Assembly: GCA_028704975.1 (NCBI GenBank)
Contig: JAQWEK010000001.1
Coordinates: 29,038 to 93,037 of the forward strand
Direction of reading: 5' to 3'
DNA length: 64,000 bases
DNA from: Bacteroidales bacterium
Lineage (GTDB): Bacteria; Bacteroidota; Bacteroidia; Bacteroidales; UBA932
The stretch's first letter is position 1. Each line of letters starts with the position of its first letter. This document shows positions 38,124-47,288 of the stretch, in pieces. The position numbers were made by a program, and so were the translations under genes. Under the pieces are notes generated by a model that saw nothing but the letters and a program-made list of their open reading frames with translations, searched no databases and was not told where the DNA came from.

Positions 38124-39086
38124 ATGTTAAAAAAAGTTTTAGTGACCGGAGGAGCCGGTTTTGTTGGTTCACATCTTTGTAAGAGGCTTGTGGAAGAGGA
38201 AAATTATGTTTTGTGTCTGGATAATTTCTTTACGGGTTCAAGAGACAATGTTGCGGAACTTTTGGATAATCCAAAGTTTAAGATTGTTACGCATGATGTT
38301 GTAAATCCTTTTCACACGGATGTTGATGAGATTTATAATCTTGCGTGTCCGGCGTCTCCTATTCATTACCAGTATGATCCCATAAAAACAACTAAGACTT
38401 CTGTTCTTGGCATTTTGAATATGCTTCAACTTGCGCAAGACAACCATGCCAAGATTATGCAGGCGTCTACAAGCGAGGTATATGGAGATCCTACGCAAAA
38501 TCCGCAGAAAGAGACGTATTGGGGAAATGTAAATCCGATAGGAACCCGCAGTTGCTATGATGAGGGGAAAAGAGTTGCGGAGACTTTTTGCATGGATTAT
38601 TTCATGCAGTACAAAATAAGGGTGAAGATTATCAGAATCTTCAATACTTATGGGCCCAATATGGACATGAATGACGGAAGAGTTATCTCCAATTTCATAG
38701 TGCAGGCCTTGAAGGATGAAGATATTACAATTTATGGTGACGGTTCTCAGACAAGGAGTTTTCAATATGTTGATAATCTGATAGAAGGGATGATAAGCGT
38801 TATGGCTACTCCCGACAGCTTTATCGGTCCTATCAATCTTGGCAATCCTAATGAATTCACAATCTTGCAGTTGGCGCAGAAGGTTATAGAGATGACAAAT
38901 TCAAAGGCAAAGATTGTAATGAAGCCGCTTCCGCAGGATGATCCCAAGCAGAGAAAACCTGATATTACATTGGCTAAGAAGATAATAAACTATAATCCAA
39001 ATATACTTTTAGAAGAGGGGCTAAAAAAAACAATTGCATATTTTGAGATGCTGTTGTCAAAAAAAGCGATAATTAAGCGGATATAG
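38124..39086 (+). CDS. UDP-glucuronate decarboxylase (UDP-xylose synthase, UXS-type SDR)
   Basis: [14 protein letters not shown]...LDNFFTGS...YDEGKRVAE...RIFNTYGP, 320 aa, strongly UXS-like. Confidence 0.88.
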   Translation: MLKKVLVTGGAGFVGSHLCKRLVEEENYVLCLDNFFTGSRDNVAELLDNPKFKIVTHDVVNPFHTDVDEIYNLACPASPIHYQYDPIKTTKTSVLGILNMLQLAQDNHAKIMQASTSEVYGDPTQNPQKETYWGNVNPIGTRSCYDEGKRVAETFCMDYFMQYKIRVKIIRIFNTYGPNMDMNDGRVISNFIVQALKDEDITIYGDGSQTRSFQYVDNLIEGMISVMATPDSFIGPINLGNPNEFTILQLAQKVIEMTNSKAKIVMKPLPQDDPKQRKPDITLAKKIINYNPNILLEEGLKKTIAYFEMLLSKKAIIKRI

Positions 39087-39088
39087 GT

Positions 39089-39096
39089 TAAATTTG
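39089..39096 (+). promoter_or_regulatory. Candidate -7 box (TAAATTTG) for the receiver-kinase gene
   Basis: TAnnTTTG match 43 nt upstream of the ATG at 39139. Confidence 0.4.
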
Positions 39097-39138
39097 CCAA
39101 AATTGGCTTGTTAAAGGTGTACGATAAAATGTTGCGTT

Positions 39139-40272
39139 ATGAATATAAACCCGGCAGAATTTAAAATCTTGGTTGTAGATGATGTTGTTGCAAACGTCAT
39201 CCTTCTTAAGGCCCTCCTTTCCAGGGAAGGTTATAAGATAGCAACTGCTACAAGCGGTGAGGACGCCCTTAATAAACTTCCCATTGAGAAGCCTGATGTT
39301 ATTTTGCTGGATGTCATGATGCCCGGCATGAGCGGTTTTGAAGTTGCGGAGAAGATTGCAAAAATGTCTGATTTTGAGGATGTTCAGATAATTTTTCTGA
39401 CAGCTCTGAATTCACCTGCAGATATTGTTAAGGGATTTAAGCTTGGTGCTAGTGATTTTGTGACAAAACCTTTTAACAGGGAGGAACTTATCATAAGATT
39501 GACTCACCAAATTTCTTTGGTTGCTGCAAAGAGAATTATTGAACAGCAAACCAATGAGTTAAAGAGCACAATCAGTGGCAGGGATAAGTTGTATTCAGTA
39601 ATTGCCCATGATTTGAGGTCTCCTCTCGGCTCAATAAAGATGGTACTTAATATGCTGGTTACCACGTTGCTGCCCGAGAGCGTGGGTGAGGAGATGTTTC
39701 AGCTGATGAAAGAGGCAAATCATATTGCGGAGGATACGTTTAGCCTTTTGGACAATTTGTTAAAGTGGACAAAGAGTCAAACAGGCAAATTGAACATTGT
39801 TTATCAGGATATTGATATTGTTGATATTACGGATGACATTGTGGAGATCTTTAAGTTGAATGCCCAGTTAAAAGATATTCAAATCACATATAAGAATGAT
39901 GTTCATATTACGGTTAGAACAGATGTCGACATTGTGAAGACCATAATGAGAAATTTGCTTAGCAACGCTATAAAGTATAGCAATAGCGGAGGCAGCATAA
40001 ATGTTACAACAGAAGACAGTGACGGTTTTGCAATTGTTCATGTTGCGGACCACGGATTAGGTATAAGTAAAGATGGGCAGGAGAAATTGTTTAAGCAGGA
40101 TGTGCATTTTACAACATTTGGAACCGCAAATGAGGAAGGTTCAGGGCTTGGGCTAATTTTGGTTAAGGATTTTGTAGATAAAATCGGCGGTAAGATTTGG
40201 TTTGAATCGGAAGAGGGCAAAGGCTCAACTTTCAGCTTCTCAATTCCTAAAGCAACTGGCACTCCGCTATAA
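39139..40272 (+). CDS. Cytoplasmic hybrid protein: N-terminal receiver plus HisKA-HATPase histidine kinase
   Basis: Receiver VVDD / LLDVMMP / FLTA / TKPF. H-box SVIAHDLRSPLGSI. N-box LLSNAIKYS, G1 DHGLGI, G2 GSGLGL. No TM or recognisable sensor domain. Confidence 0.88.
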   Translation: MNINPAEFKILVVDDVVANVILLKALLSREGYKIATATSGEDALNKLPIEKPDVILLDVMMPGMSGFEVAEKIAKMSDFEDVQIIFLTALNSPADIVKGFKLGASDFVTKPFNREELIIRLTHQISLVAAKRIIEQQTNELKSTISGRDKLYSVIAHDLRSPLGSIKMVLNMLVTTLLPESVGEEMFQLMKEANHIAEDTFSLLDNLLKWTKSQTGKLNIVYQDIDIVDITDDIVEIFKLNAQLKDIQITYKNDVHITVRTDVDIVKTIMRNLLSNAIKYSNSGGSINVTTEDSDGFAIVHVADHGLGISKDGQEKLFKQDVHFTTFGTANEEGSGLGLILVKDFVDKIGGKIWFESEEGKGSTFSFSIPKATGTPL

Positions 40273-41434
40273 CTGCGTTGTGATCGCTCCACGGCCCATC
40301 GGGAGAAAAATAATTAATCCCCTTAAAATCAGCCGAGTGGAATATATAGTCTATGCGGAATAATTTCTGGAAGTGTCTGTAAGAATACGTATATCCCTGC
40401 CCGCATTCTCTGAATGTATCAATCAAAAGTCTGGAACACTTTACATAGGCGTAGGAGTTTGGCGTATCATTAAAGTCTCCCATCAGTAAAACGGGATACG
40501 GAGATTTTTTAATCATATTGCAGATAATATCAACTTGCTTTCCGCGCATACCGGAACTGAATTTCAGCTTGTCCGTAAGTTTTGTAAACATCTCTGTTCT
40601 ACTGTATTTTTGATTTGTCCTTTCTGCGTACGCCACATCTGAACTTATGTTGCTCACTCCTGTGGATTCAAAATGCACGGCTATTACCCTTATAATCTTT
40701 GTGCTGTCAATTGCAATATCTGCGTAAATAAAACCGTAATTTGATTCCGGGAATTGCGCAAAGCAATATCTTTTAATTTGATACTTGCTAAAGATAGCCA
40801 TATCAACCGGCTTGGTTCCTTTTCCATCAAAACAACTGTATGGCAGCGTATTTAAGTGTTTTTTTATACTATCTCTTCCAAAGTCCCATCCCTCCGCGTA
40901 TTCCTCCAAACACAGTATATCAACCGGAGCAGATGCCTTAGCAGCAGGAGCATAATGGATTGCATCCGCCATAGGAATTCCCTTCCTGCCGCAGAAATAA
41001 TCTGCCGCGCTCTTAACATTTTTAATCAGAGCGTCTCCCCCAAATCCTCCGACATTAAATGTTGCCACTTTAAGATTTACAGGAGTGATGTTTTTTATCA
41101 CGACAGTTTTTTTTACGGTTGCCGCCTTTCCGGCTTTGCCAATTAACGGCCAATGATTTGCGGGATAATATATTGACGCAGTATAACTTAAGCTAAACAT
41201 AACGGCGATAAACGGAACAATTGCTATCACCTTAAGTCTGATTACCCAATAAATGAAAAACAGAATATCTGCTGTAATGAGCACAACGAGAAATGGCCCC
41301 AGCATGGAGATGAAGGGGTGATTCTTTGGCACAAAATGTCCTGTTTTGGCAGATAAAACAGTTGCGGCCGCAATTAATACTGTGATTACAATAGAAACGC
41401 AGTAAAATAAGTAACTTATTGCTTTCTTGCCCAT
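40247..41434 (-). CDS. Membrane-anchored endonuclease/exonuclease/phosphatase (EEP) family protein
   Basis: Three to four N-terminal TM helices, then an EEP fold with LKVATFNVGG, LCLEE and the C-terminal WSDHNAVIAE. The 3' end overlaps the convergent kinase gene by 26 nt. Confidence 0.75.
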   Translation of the reverse strand: MGKKAISYLFYCVSIVITVLIAAATVLSAKTGHFVPKNHPFISMLGPFLVVLITADILFFIYWVIRLKVIAIVPFIAVMFSLSYTASIYYPANHWPLIGKAGKAATVKKTVVIKNITPVNLKVATFNVGGFGGDALIKNVKSAADYFCGRKGIPMADAIHYAPAAKASAPVDILCLEEYAEGWDFGRDSIKKHLNTLPYSCFDGKGTKPVDMAIFSKYQIKRYCFAQFPESNYGFIYADIAIDSTKIIRVIAVHFESTGVSNISSDVAYAERTNQKYSRTEMFTKLTDKLKFSSGMRGKQVDIICNMIKKSPYPVLLMGDFNDTPNSYAYVKCSRLLIDTFRECGQGYTYSYRHFQKLFRIDYIFHSADFKGINYFSPDGPWSDHNAVIAECQLL

Positions 41435-41456
41435 TTTTTTCTCAGACTATTGTCGG

Positions 41457-41464
41457 CAAATTTA
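41457..41464 (-). promoter_or_regulatory. Candidate -7 box (TAAATTTG on minus strand) for the EEP gene
   Basis: The reverse complement of caaattta matches TAnnTTTG, about 22 nt upstream of the ATG at 41434. Confidence 0.4.
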
Positions 41465-41496
41465 TTAAAAAACTATATACAATTGGAAAAAAGATT

Positions 41497-41504
41497 TAAA
41501 TTTG
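41497..41504 (+). promoter_or_regulatory. Candidate -7 box (TAAATTTG) for the kinase-like/receiver gene
   Basis: TAnnTTTG match. It overlaps the TTG start proposed by the ORF track, which favours the ATG at 41532 as the real start. Confidence 0.4.
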
Positions 41505-41531
41505 CGGAGAAGTGAATTAACTGATTATAAG

Positions 41532-42692
41532 ATGACAAATTTGTCGGAAAATAGGCATTCTGCGTTTGTGGATTCCGAAAACGTTTTTTTCTCTTTTCTT
41601 GCTGCCGCCTGCAGGAAAATAGAAAACAAGGTTAATGTTATTAACGAGTTTTCTAATGTGATTGCTACATCTCAAGATGCGGTGGAGAGGGTGACGTGTG
41701 CAAGGCAGCTAGAAGCTAAAACATCCGAGATAAAGTTGCTTGTTTCTGATTTAAAGTATATTATAAAGATTACAACCGGTATGGATGAGGGTGTTTCCGG
41801 ACCTGTTGATGTGGATGAATTATTGCGTCAGACTGTTCAGGTTAAACAATCTTTTTTATGCGGAGGTAATGTTATACTGAAATACATGGGGGGGTATGGT
41901 AAGCCATTTGTAATCAATACAGTAGCCGCGCATTTGACAAAAATAGTCAATAATCTTCTGACAAACTCTATCAATCGTACAGATGAAGGGTCAATTAATG
42001 TCGGCTTTAAAATAAAAGGGTGTGATTCTCTCTATTTTTACGTAGAAGATACCGGCACAAGTATACCGAAAGATAAGTTAAAGAGCACATTTGAACATTT
42101 TGTTAGACTTGACAGCAATGCGACCGAGACCGGATTGGGACTTACCATTTGCAAGATTTTGGTTAAAGGCCTTGGTGGAGAGATTGGAGCGGAATCAGAA
42201 TGGTGCAAGGGCTCTAAGTTCTGGTTTACAATACCTTATGTGGTGTCTGATAAAACAAGCGCCGCTATTATGGAACCAGAGCCGGATGTATCAGAGGCAA
42301 AAGAGGTAAAATCGGAAGAAAAGCCAAAAATTTTGATTGCAGAGGATGATTCTGCAAACTATTTTTTGTTTGAATCCATCCTTAAAAATAACTATTCTCT
42401 GGTCCGTGCCAAGAATGGGGCGGAGGCCTTGGGTGTGTTTAAGAAAGAGACTCCTGCACTTGTCATAATGGATGTTAAGATGCCTGTAATGGATGGTTTC
42501 CAGGCAACTGCAGAGATTAGAAAAATTGATAAAACAACTCCTATTGTGGCCGCCACAGCTTACGCGCTGCCGGAAGTCGAAGAGAGGTTATATGCTGCTG
42601 GAGTAAATGGTTATCTTGTTAAGCCACTTAGTCCCAGCGATTTAAAAAATAAAATTCACGAGATGCTAAACGGCTGCAAAGAGAATAATTAG
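41532..42692 (+). CDS. Hybrid kinase-like protein: DHp-like region lacking the phospho-acceptor His, HATPase_c domain, C-terminal receiver
   Basis: The H-box position reads FLAAACRKIENKVNVINEFS, against the canonical FLAxMSHELRTPLNxIxGFS. N-box NLLTNSINRT, G1 variant EDTGTSI, G2 ETGLGLTI. The receiver is intact (AEDD, IMDVKMP, AATA, VKPL). Confidence 0.8.
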   Translation: MTNLSENRHSAFVDSENVFFSFLAAACRKIENKVNVINEFSNVIATSQDAVERVTCARQLEAKTSEIKLLVSDLKYIIKITTGMDEGVSGPVDVDELLRQTVQVKQSFLCGGNVILKYMGGYGKPFVINTVAAHLTKIVNNLLTNSINRTDEGSINVGFKIKGCDSLYFYVEDTGTSIPKDKLKSTFEHFVRLDSNATETGLGLTICKILVKGLGGEIGAESEWCKGSKFWFTIPYVVSDKTSAAIMEPEPDVSEAKEVKSEEKPKILIAEDDSANYFLFESILKNNYSLVRAKNGAEALGVFKKETPALVIMDVKMPVMDGFQATAEIRKIDKTTPIVAATAYALPEVEERLYAAGVNGYLVKPLSPSDLKNKIHEMLNGCKENN

Positions 42693-43376
42693 ATGGAAAA
42701 TATGGATAATAAAGACTATAATACTCAGAGAGAGAAGTTGATAATGCCTGAATATGGAAGGCATGTTCAGGATATGATTAATTATGTTGTAAACATTCCG
42801 GACAAGAAAAAAAGAGATGAGCAGATTCAGGCTGTTGTAGCTGTGATGGGAACTTTAAATCCGCAGCTTAGAGACATTGTGGATTTCAGACATAAGCTTT
42901 GGGATCATGTTCAAATTATTTCTGATTTTAAGATTGACATTGACTCTCCGTATCCGATTCCTACAAGGGAAACGATTGCAACAGAGCCGAGTCAGATACC
43001 TTTGCAGAAGAAGCCTATAAGATCCGCATGCTATGGGCGTAACATTCAGAATATGATTGATTTAATCGCTTCCCGTCCCGATGATGATGTTAAGAAATAT
43101 ATGATAAAAGTGATTGCTTCCTATATGAAGCAACAGTATCTTATATGGAATAAAGACTCGGTTTCCGAGGAGACAATTTATGCAGACATTCATACGCTGT
43201 CGGGAGGAAAAATAACGGTACCGTCTGATATCCACATTGGTATGGGACAGGTTGATACTAATGCGCGCAATCCCAGAAGCGGGAATAATCAGAACAACAG
43301 CAATAGAAATACCGGCTCCCACAATAAAAAAGGAAAGCAGGGGGGTAAAAAGTGGAAGAAAAATAACCAGCAGTAA
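42693..43376 (+). CDS. DUF4290 domain protein
   Basis: N-terminus YNTQREKLIMPEYGRHVQDMINY is typical of the Bacteroidota DUF4290 family. Basic Asn/Lys/Gly-rich tail. The ATG abuts the upstream stop. Confidence 0.7.
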   Translation: MENMDNKDYNTQREKLIMPEYGRHVQDMINYVVNIPDKKKRDEQIQAVVAVMGTLNPQLRDIVDFRHKLWDHVQIISDFKIDIDSPYPIPTRETIATEPSQIPLQKKPIRSACYGRNIQNMIDLIASRPDDDVKKYMIKVIASYMKQQYLIWNKDSVSEETIYADIHTLSGGKITVPSDIHIGMGQVDTNARNPRSGNNQNNSNRNTGSHNKKGKQGGKKWKKNNQQ

Positions 43377-45935
43377 ATGAGATTAAGTAAGAAAAAGAGA
43401 GAGCAAGAGGAGATAAAGCAGGAGCTTGCGGTGCCTCAAAAGAAAGACGGTATTTATCTTATATGCGGGCTAATCTCCTTGGCAGTAGCTGTTTATACGC
43501 TTATTGCTATAATTTCGTATATTTTCACGTGGGCGCAGGATCAGAGTACATTTTCAAATGATGATGTGTTTAATTCATTGATTGATGTGGAGAACGGAGG
43601 GGGAAGAATCGGACTTTATTGGGCAAATTTTTTGGTTTCTAAATTGTTTGGACTTGGGGCATTTATAATACCGTTTTTCTTCTTTGGAGTTGCGCTGTTC
43701 TGCCTTAAGATTAAGAAAGTCAAGGTTGTAAGATTGTTCTTTGTGACAATTTTCGGCTGCATCCTTATATCAGTCGTATTTTCATTTATTTTCTCTTTCA
43801 CCGGAATTGACAGATGGTTTGGTACCGGAGCGGGAGGTTCTTATGGATATTATATTAACAATTGGCTTAAGTCAATGGTTGGAGTACCGGGAACATCAGT
43901 TATATTAATTATTGCTACAATTGGCTGGTTGATAACCATTAATAGAAGCTATATTAAACGCATCGGAGATAAAATTTCCGATGTGGGGACAAAGGTAGTG
44001 GATACGGCCAAGGCTCCTTTTGAGAGTAATCCCGACGGTTCGGAACAGTCTGAAGAAGAGAGCGGAGATGGCGGGGATGCTGATAATGAGGAAGATGCTG
44101 AGGAGGGAGAGGAGAATGAATTTGAAAGCGAAGAGGCGGAAACGGAAGATGCTGCTTCTACTGGAGTAAAGGCGAAAGGAGGAAGACCGGAGCCGGAAAT
44201 CAGCCTTGTGGATAATACCGTTAAGCCCGCGGTTTCTTTTGCGGCGGCTTCCGCAAATGAAATAATTGAAAAACAGAGTATTCCGGAGCCTGATATTAAT
44301 GAGTCGGATAATGTTGAGATGGAGGTTACAGGCGGCAATGGTGCCGGGCTTACAGGACACTACTCAGAAGAAGAGCTTAAAACTTTGTTTGACCCGCGGC
44401 TGGAACTTCCTAGATATAAGGCTCCTTCACTTGATTTGCTGGAGAGTTATAGAGACAAGTGGTATGAGGTTTCCAAGGATGAATTGGAGAGAAATAAGAG
44501 GCAGATTGTGAATACTCTATCCAATTATAAGATTGGAATTACAAAAATTTCTGTGCGCATAGGGCCGACAGTTACTCTTTATGAGATAGTTCCGGCACCT
44601 GGTGTGAGGGTATCTCAAATTAAGAAACTGGAGGAAGATATTCAGCTTTCCCTTGCTGCGCACGGAGTAAGAGTTGTTACTTTGCCAGGCACTAATGCCG
44701 TTGGAATAGAGGTGGCAAATGAGAAACCAAGCATTGTCTCCATGCTTTCCTGTTTGGAGTTTTTGCTGGCTCAAAGAAAGATTGAAGAGACAAAAGAGGC
44801 AAGATATGAATTACCTGTCGCGATAGGTAAAACTATTAAAAATGAGGTGTATACGTTTGACCTTACCAAGATGCCTCACCTTCTTATTGCAGGTGCAACG
44901 GGTCAGGGGAAATCTGTCGGACTAAATGCTCTGATTGCCTCAATTTTGTATACAAAGCATCCCTCAGAAGTTAAGTTTGTGCTTGTGGATCCAAAGAGAG
45001 TAGAGCTTTCTCTCTATTCAAAACTAGAGAAGTTTTTCCTGGCCAAACTTCCGGATTCTGATGACGCTGTTATAACAGACACAAAGAAAGTTGTTTATAC
45101 GTTACGCTCTTTATGCTCAGAGATGGACAGCCGTTATGAACTTTTGCAAAAAGCCGGAGTCAGAAATATAAAAGAGTATAATGAAAAGTTCTTGCAGAGG
45201 AGGCTTAATCCTTTAAAGGGACACAGATATCTTCCTTATATAGTGGTTGTTATAGATGAGTACGGAGATCTGCTGCTGACTGCAGGCAAGGATATAGAGA
45301 TTCCTCTTACCAGACTTGCTCAACTTGCGCGTGCTACCGGAATTCATTTGGTCATTGCAACTCAAAGGCCTACAACAACTATAATCACCGGCAATATAAA
45401 GGCAAACTTTCCTGCCCGCATTGCTTTTATGGTTCGCTCGTCAATTGATTCCAGGACCATATTGGATGAAACAGGTGCCAATCAGCTGATTGGACGCGGT
45501 GATATGTTGTTTGCCACAGGCAGTGACGTAGTCAGAATTCAGTGTGCCCTTATAGATACAAAAGAGGTTGAGAAAGTTGTGAACTTTATTTCCGGTCAGG
45601 TAGGATACGCAAGTGCCCTGTATTTGCCTGAAGTTAGGGAAGATGATGATGACAACGGACAGGTATCGGTTCAGGTAGGCGAGACGGATTTGAGAAAGAG
45701 AGATGAACTTTTTGATGACACTGCAAGATTGATGGTGATAAGCGGGCAGGCCTCCGCCTCTCTGATTCAGAGAAAAATGAATCTTGGATACAACAGAGCC
45801 TCAAAACTAATAGACCAGTTGGAAAAGGCGGGTATTGTTGGTCCTTCAGACGGCAGCAAGCCCAGACAAGTTTTGGTACCGGATTTGATATCATTGGATG
45901 ATAAACTGGAAGAGATAAAAAAAGAGTACAGTTAA
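43377..45935 (+). CDS. ftsK: DNA translocase FtsK
   Basis: 852 aa. N-terminal TM helices, an acidic linker (EEESGDGGDADNEEDAEEGEENEFESEEAETED), Walker A GATGQGKS, Walker B VVVIDEY, and a C-terminal gamma wHTH LIQRKMNLGYNRASKLIDQLEKAGIVGP. Confidence 0.92.
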   Translation: MRLSKKKREQEEIKQELAVPQKKDGIYLICGLISLAVAVYTLIAIISYIFTWAQDQSTFSNDDVFNSLIDVENGGGRIGLYWANFLVSKLFGLGAFIIPFFFFGVALFCLKIKKVKVVRLFFVTIFGCILISVVFSFIFSFTGIDRWFGTGAGGSYGYYINNWLKSMVGVPGTSVILIIATIGWLITINRSYIKRIGDKISDVGTKVVDTAKAPFESNPDGSEQSEEESGDGGDADNEEDAEEGEENEFESEEAETEDAASTGVKAKGGRPEPEISLVDNTVKPAVSFAAASANEIIEKQSIPEPDINESDNVEMEVTGGNGAGLTGHYSEEELKTLFDPRLELPRYKAPSLDLLESYRDKWYEVSKDELERNKRQIVNTLSNYKIGITKISVRIGPTVTLYEIVPAPGVRVSQIKKLEEDIQLSLAAHGVRVVTLPGTNAVGIEVANEKPSIVSMLSCLEFLLAQRKIEETKEARYELPVAIGKTIKNEVYTFDLTKMPHLLIAGATGQGKSVGLNALIASILYTKHPSEVKFVLVDPKRVELSLYSKLEKFFLAKLPDSDDAVITDTKKVVYTLRSLCSEMDSRYELLQKAGVRNIKEYNEKFLQRRLNPLKGHRYLPYIVVVIDEYGDLLLTAGKDIEIPLTRLAQLARATGIHLVIATQRPTTTIITGNIKANFPARIAFMVRSSIDSRTILDETGANQLIGRGDMLFATGSDVVRIQCALIDTKEVEKVVNFISGQVGYASALYLPEVREDDDDNGQVSVQVGETDLRKRDELFDDTARLMVISGQASASLIQRKMNLGYNRASKLIDQLEKAGIVGPSDGSKPRQVLVPDLISLDDKLEEIKKEYS

Positions 45936-45954
45936 TGACACTCTTTATTTAAAA

Positions 45955-46611
45955 ATGAGGGATATTGTTAAAACATTCATATTTGCAGCGCTCACAATAG
46001 GCGCTGCAATTGTCTATTCTCCTGTTGTTTGTGCAAAGGATAAAAGCGGCTCTAAGATTGCTGCGGATGCTGCGGCATTTGTTAGAAGTTCTAGGAAAAT
46101 TGAGTTTACAATAGAGGGCAAGCTTGGCAAAAACAGTTACTCTCACAATGGCTGGCTTATAGCAAATGACAAGAAATGTTATTTGGATATCAACGGTTTT
46201 GCAAAGTATGACTATGAGGGTTCCATTTTGACAATGTACAATGTCAAATCCGGAGAATACTATATTCAAAAGTTTAATTCCAATGATGAGGACCCTGCGT
46301 CAAATCCATTTGCAATTTTTATTAATAAGCATTCCGGTATGTTTTCCGGTCCTGTGCAGGCAAAAACTTCTGACGGAGAACTTGCCGTAATGGTGAGGAT
46401 GTCCCTGCCGGGGAATAGATTCTGCAAGTACATAAACATTTATGTGACAGGCAGTGGCAGTAATACGGTCTTAAAAGAGATTGTCATCTTCTCAAAAAAG
46501 GGGGAGAAGGTTATAACTACTGTTACCAATTATTCGGCTCCCGACAGTTACCTTCTGAGAAGCGTCTCCGTCACTCCGCGCAAGGGCTCCAAAATAATAG
46601 ATTTGCGCTAA
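45955..46611 (+). CDS. LolA-like periplasmic lipoprotein-carrier family protein
   Basis: 218 aa with a signal peptide. Size, predicted beta-rich composition and position right after ftsK match the Bacteroidota lolA-like gene. The sequence motifs themselves are weak. Confidence 0.5.
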   Translation: MRDIVKTFIFAALTIGAAIVYSPVVCAKDKSGSKIAADAAAFVRSSRKIEFTIEGKLGKNSYSHNGWLIANDKKCYLDINGFAKYDYEGSILTMYNVKSGEYYIQKFNSNDEDPASNPFAIFINKHSGMFSGPVQAKTSDGELAVMVRMSLPGNRFCKYINIYVTGSGSNTVLKEIVIFSKKGEKVITTVTNYSAPDSYLLRSVSVTPRKGSKIIDLR

Positions 46612-47225
46612 ATTATCTCTGCTGCCCTAAATATCTCCGCTATAGATGCATAGGAGTTCTCCAGGCATTCTTTGATTTTGCTTTTCTTAATCCATTTGCA
46701 CTCAGTTATCTCCTCTCCCGTTTGAGGAACCGGCACCGATGAACCACTGTAAGTCATTGCATACCAACTGGTATGTTTGATAATGAATTTTTTCTCCAAG
46801 TGATATGTGTGATGAGTAATGCACAAAAGATTGCCGCGCTTCGCCTTGATTCCGGTCTCTTCCTCAACCTCTCTTGTCGCCGTTTTCTTAATATCTTCTC
46901 CTTTTTCCTGCCACCCTTTTGGAAGGTCCCATACGCCGCGTCTGAATATCATCAGGTACTCTCCTTTCTTGTTGGTTACAAGACCTCCTGCGGCGTTTAC
47001 ATGGGTCATTTTTGAGAAAACTTTGTCATATGTTTTCTCTTCCATTTTAGGCTCTGTCGGGATAATAAAATGATTGAATTTTTCACTTTTGTCCATGAGC
47101 TTGGGAATTGTAGAAAGATTGTAATTGTCTGCGGGATGGAACAATACAGCGTTTATGTCATTTGTCGCCTTTTCTCCTAGGGTGCAAATTGTTAAAATTC
47201 TATTATTGAAGAAGATATTGTACAT
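46608..47225 (-). CDS. NUDIX hydrolase
   Basis: Nudix box GWQEKGEDIKKTATREVEEETGI (Gx5Ex7REUxEExGU) in a 205-aa protein. Confidence 0.85.
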   Translation of the reverse strand: MYNIFFNNRILTICTLGEKATNDINAVLFHPADNYNLSTIPKLMDKSEKFNHFIIPTEPKMEEKTYDKVFSKMTHVNAAGGLVTNKKGEYLMIFRRGVWDLPKGWQEKGEDIKKTATREVEEETGIKAKRGNLLCITHHTYHLEKKFIIKHTSWYAMTYSGSSVPVPQTGEEITECKWIKKSKIKECLENSYASIAEIFRAAEII

Positions 47226-47253
47226 GAGCTTTAAGCCATTAAACTCTTTTTGT

Positions 47254-47261
47254 TATATTTG
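47254..47261 (+). promoter_or_regulatory. Candidate -7 box (TATATTTG) for pyrE
   Basis: TAnnTTTG match 28 nt upstream of the ATG at 47289. Confidence 0.4.
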
Positions 47262-47288
47262 TGCAAAGATAATTGTAATTAGAATAAT

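Noticed and set aside
41502-41531. TTG start codon proposed by the ORF track for the kinase-like gene.
   Set aside because: The TTG sits inside the TAAATTTG -7 box (41497-41504), so it would be upstream of the transcript start. The ATG at 41532 is preferred.
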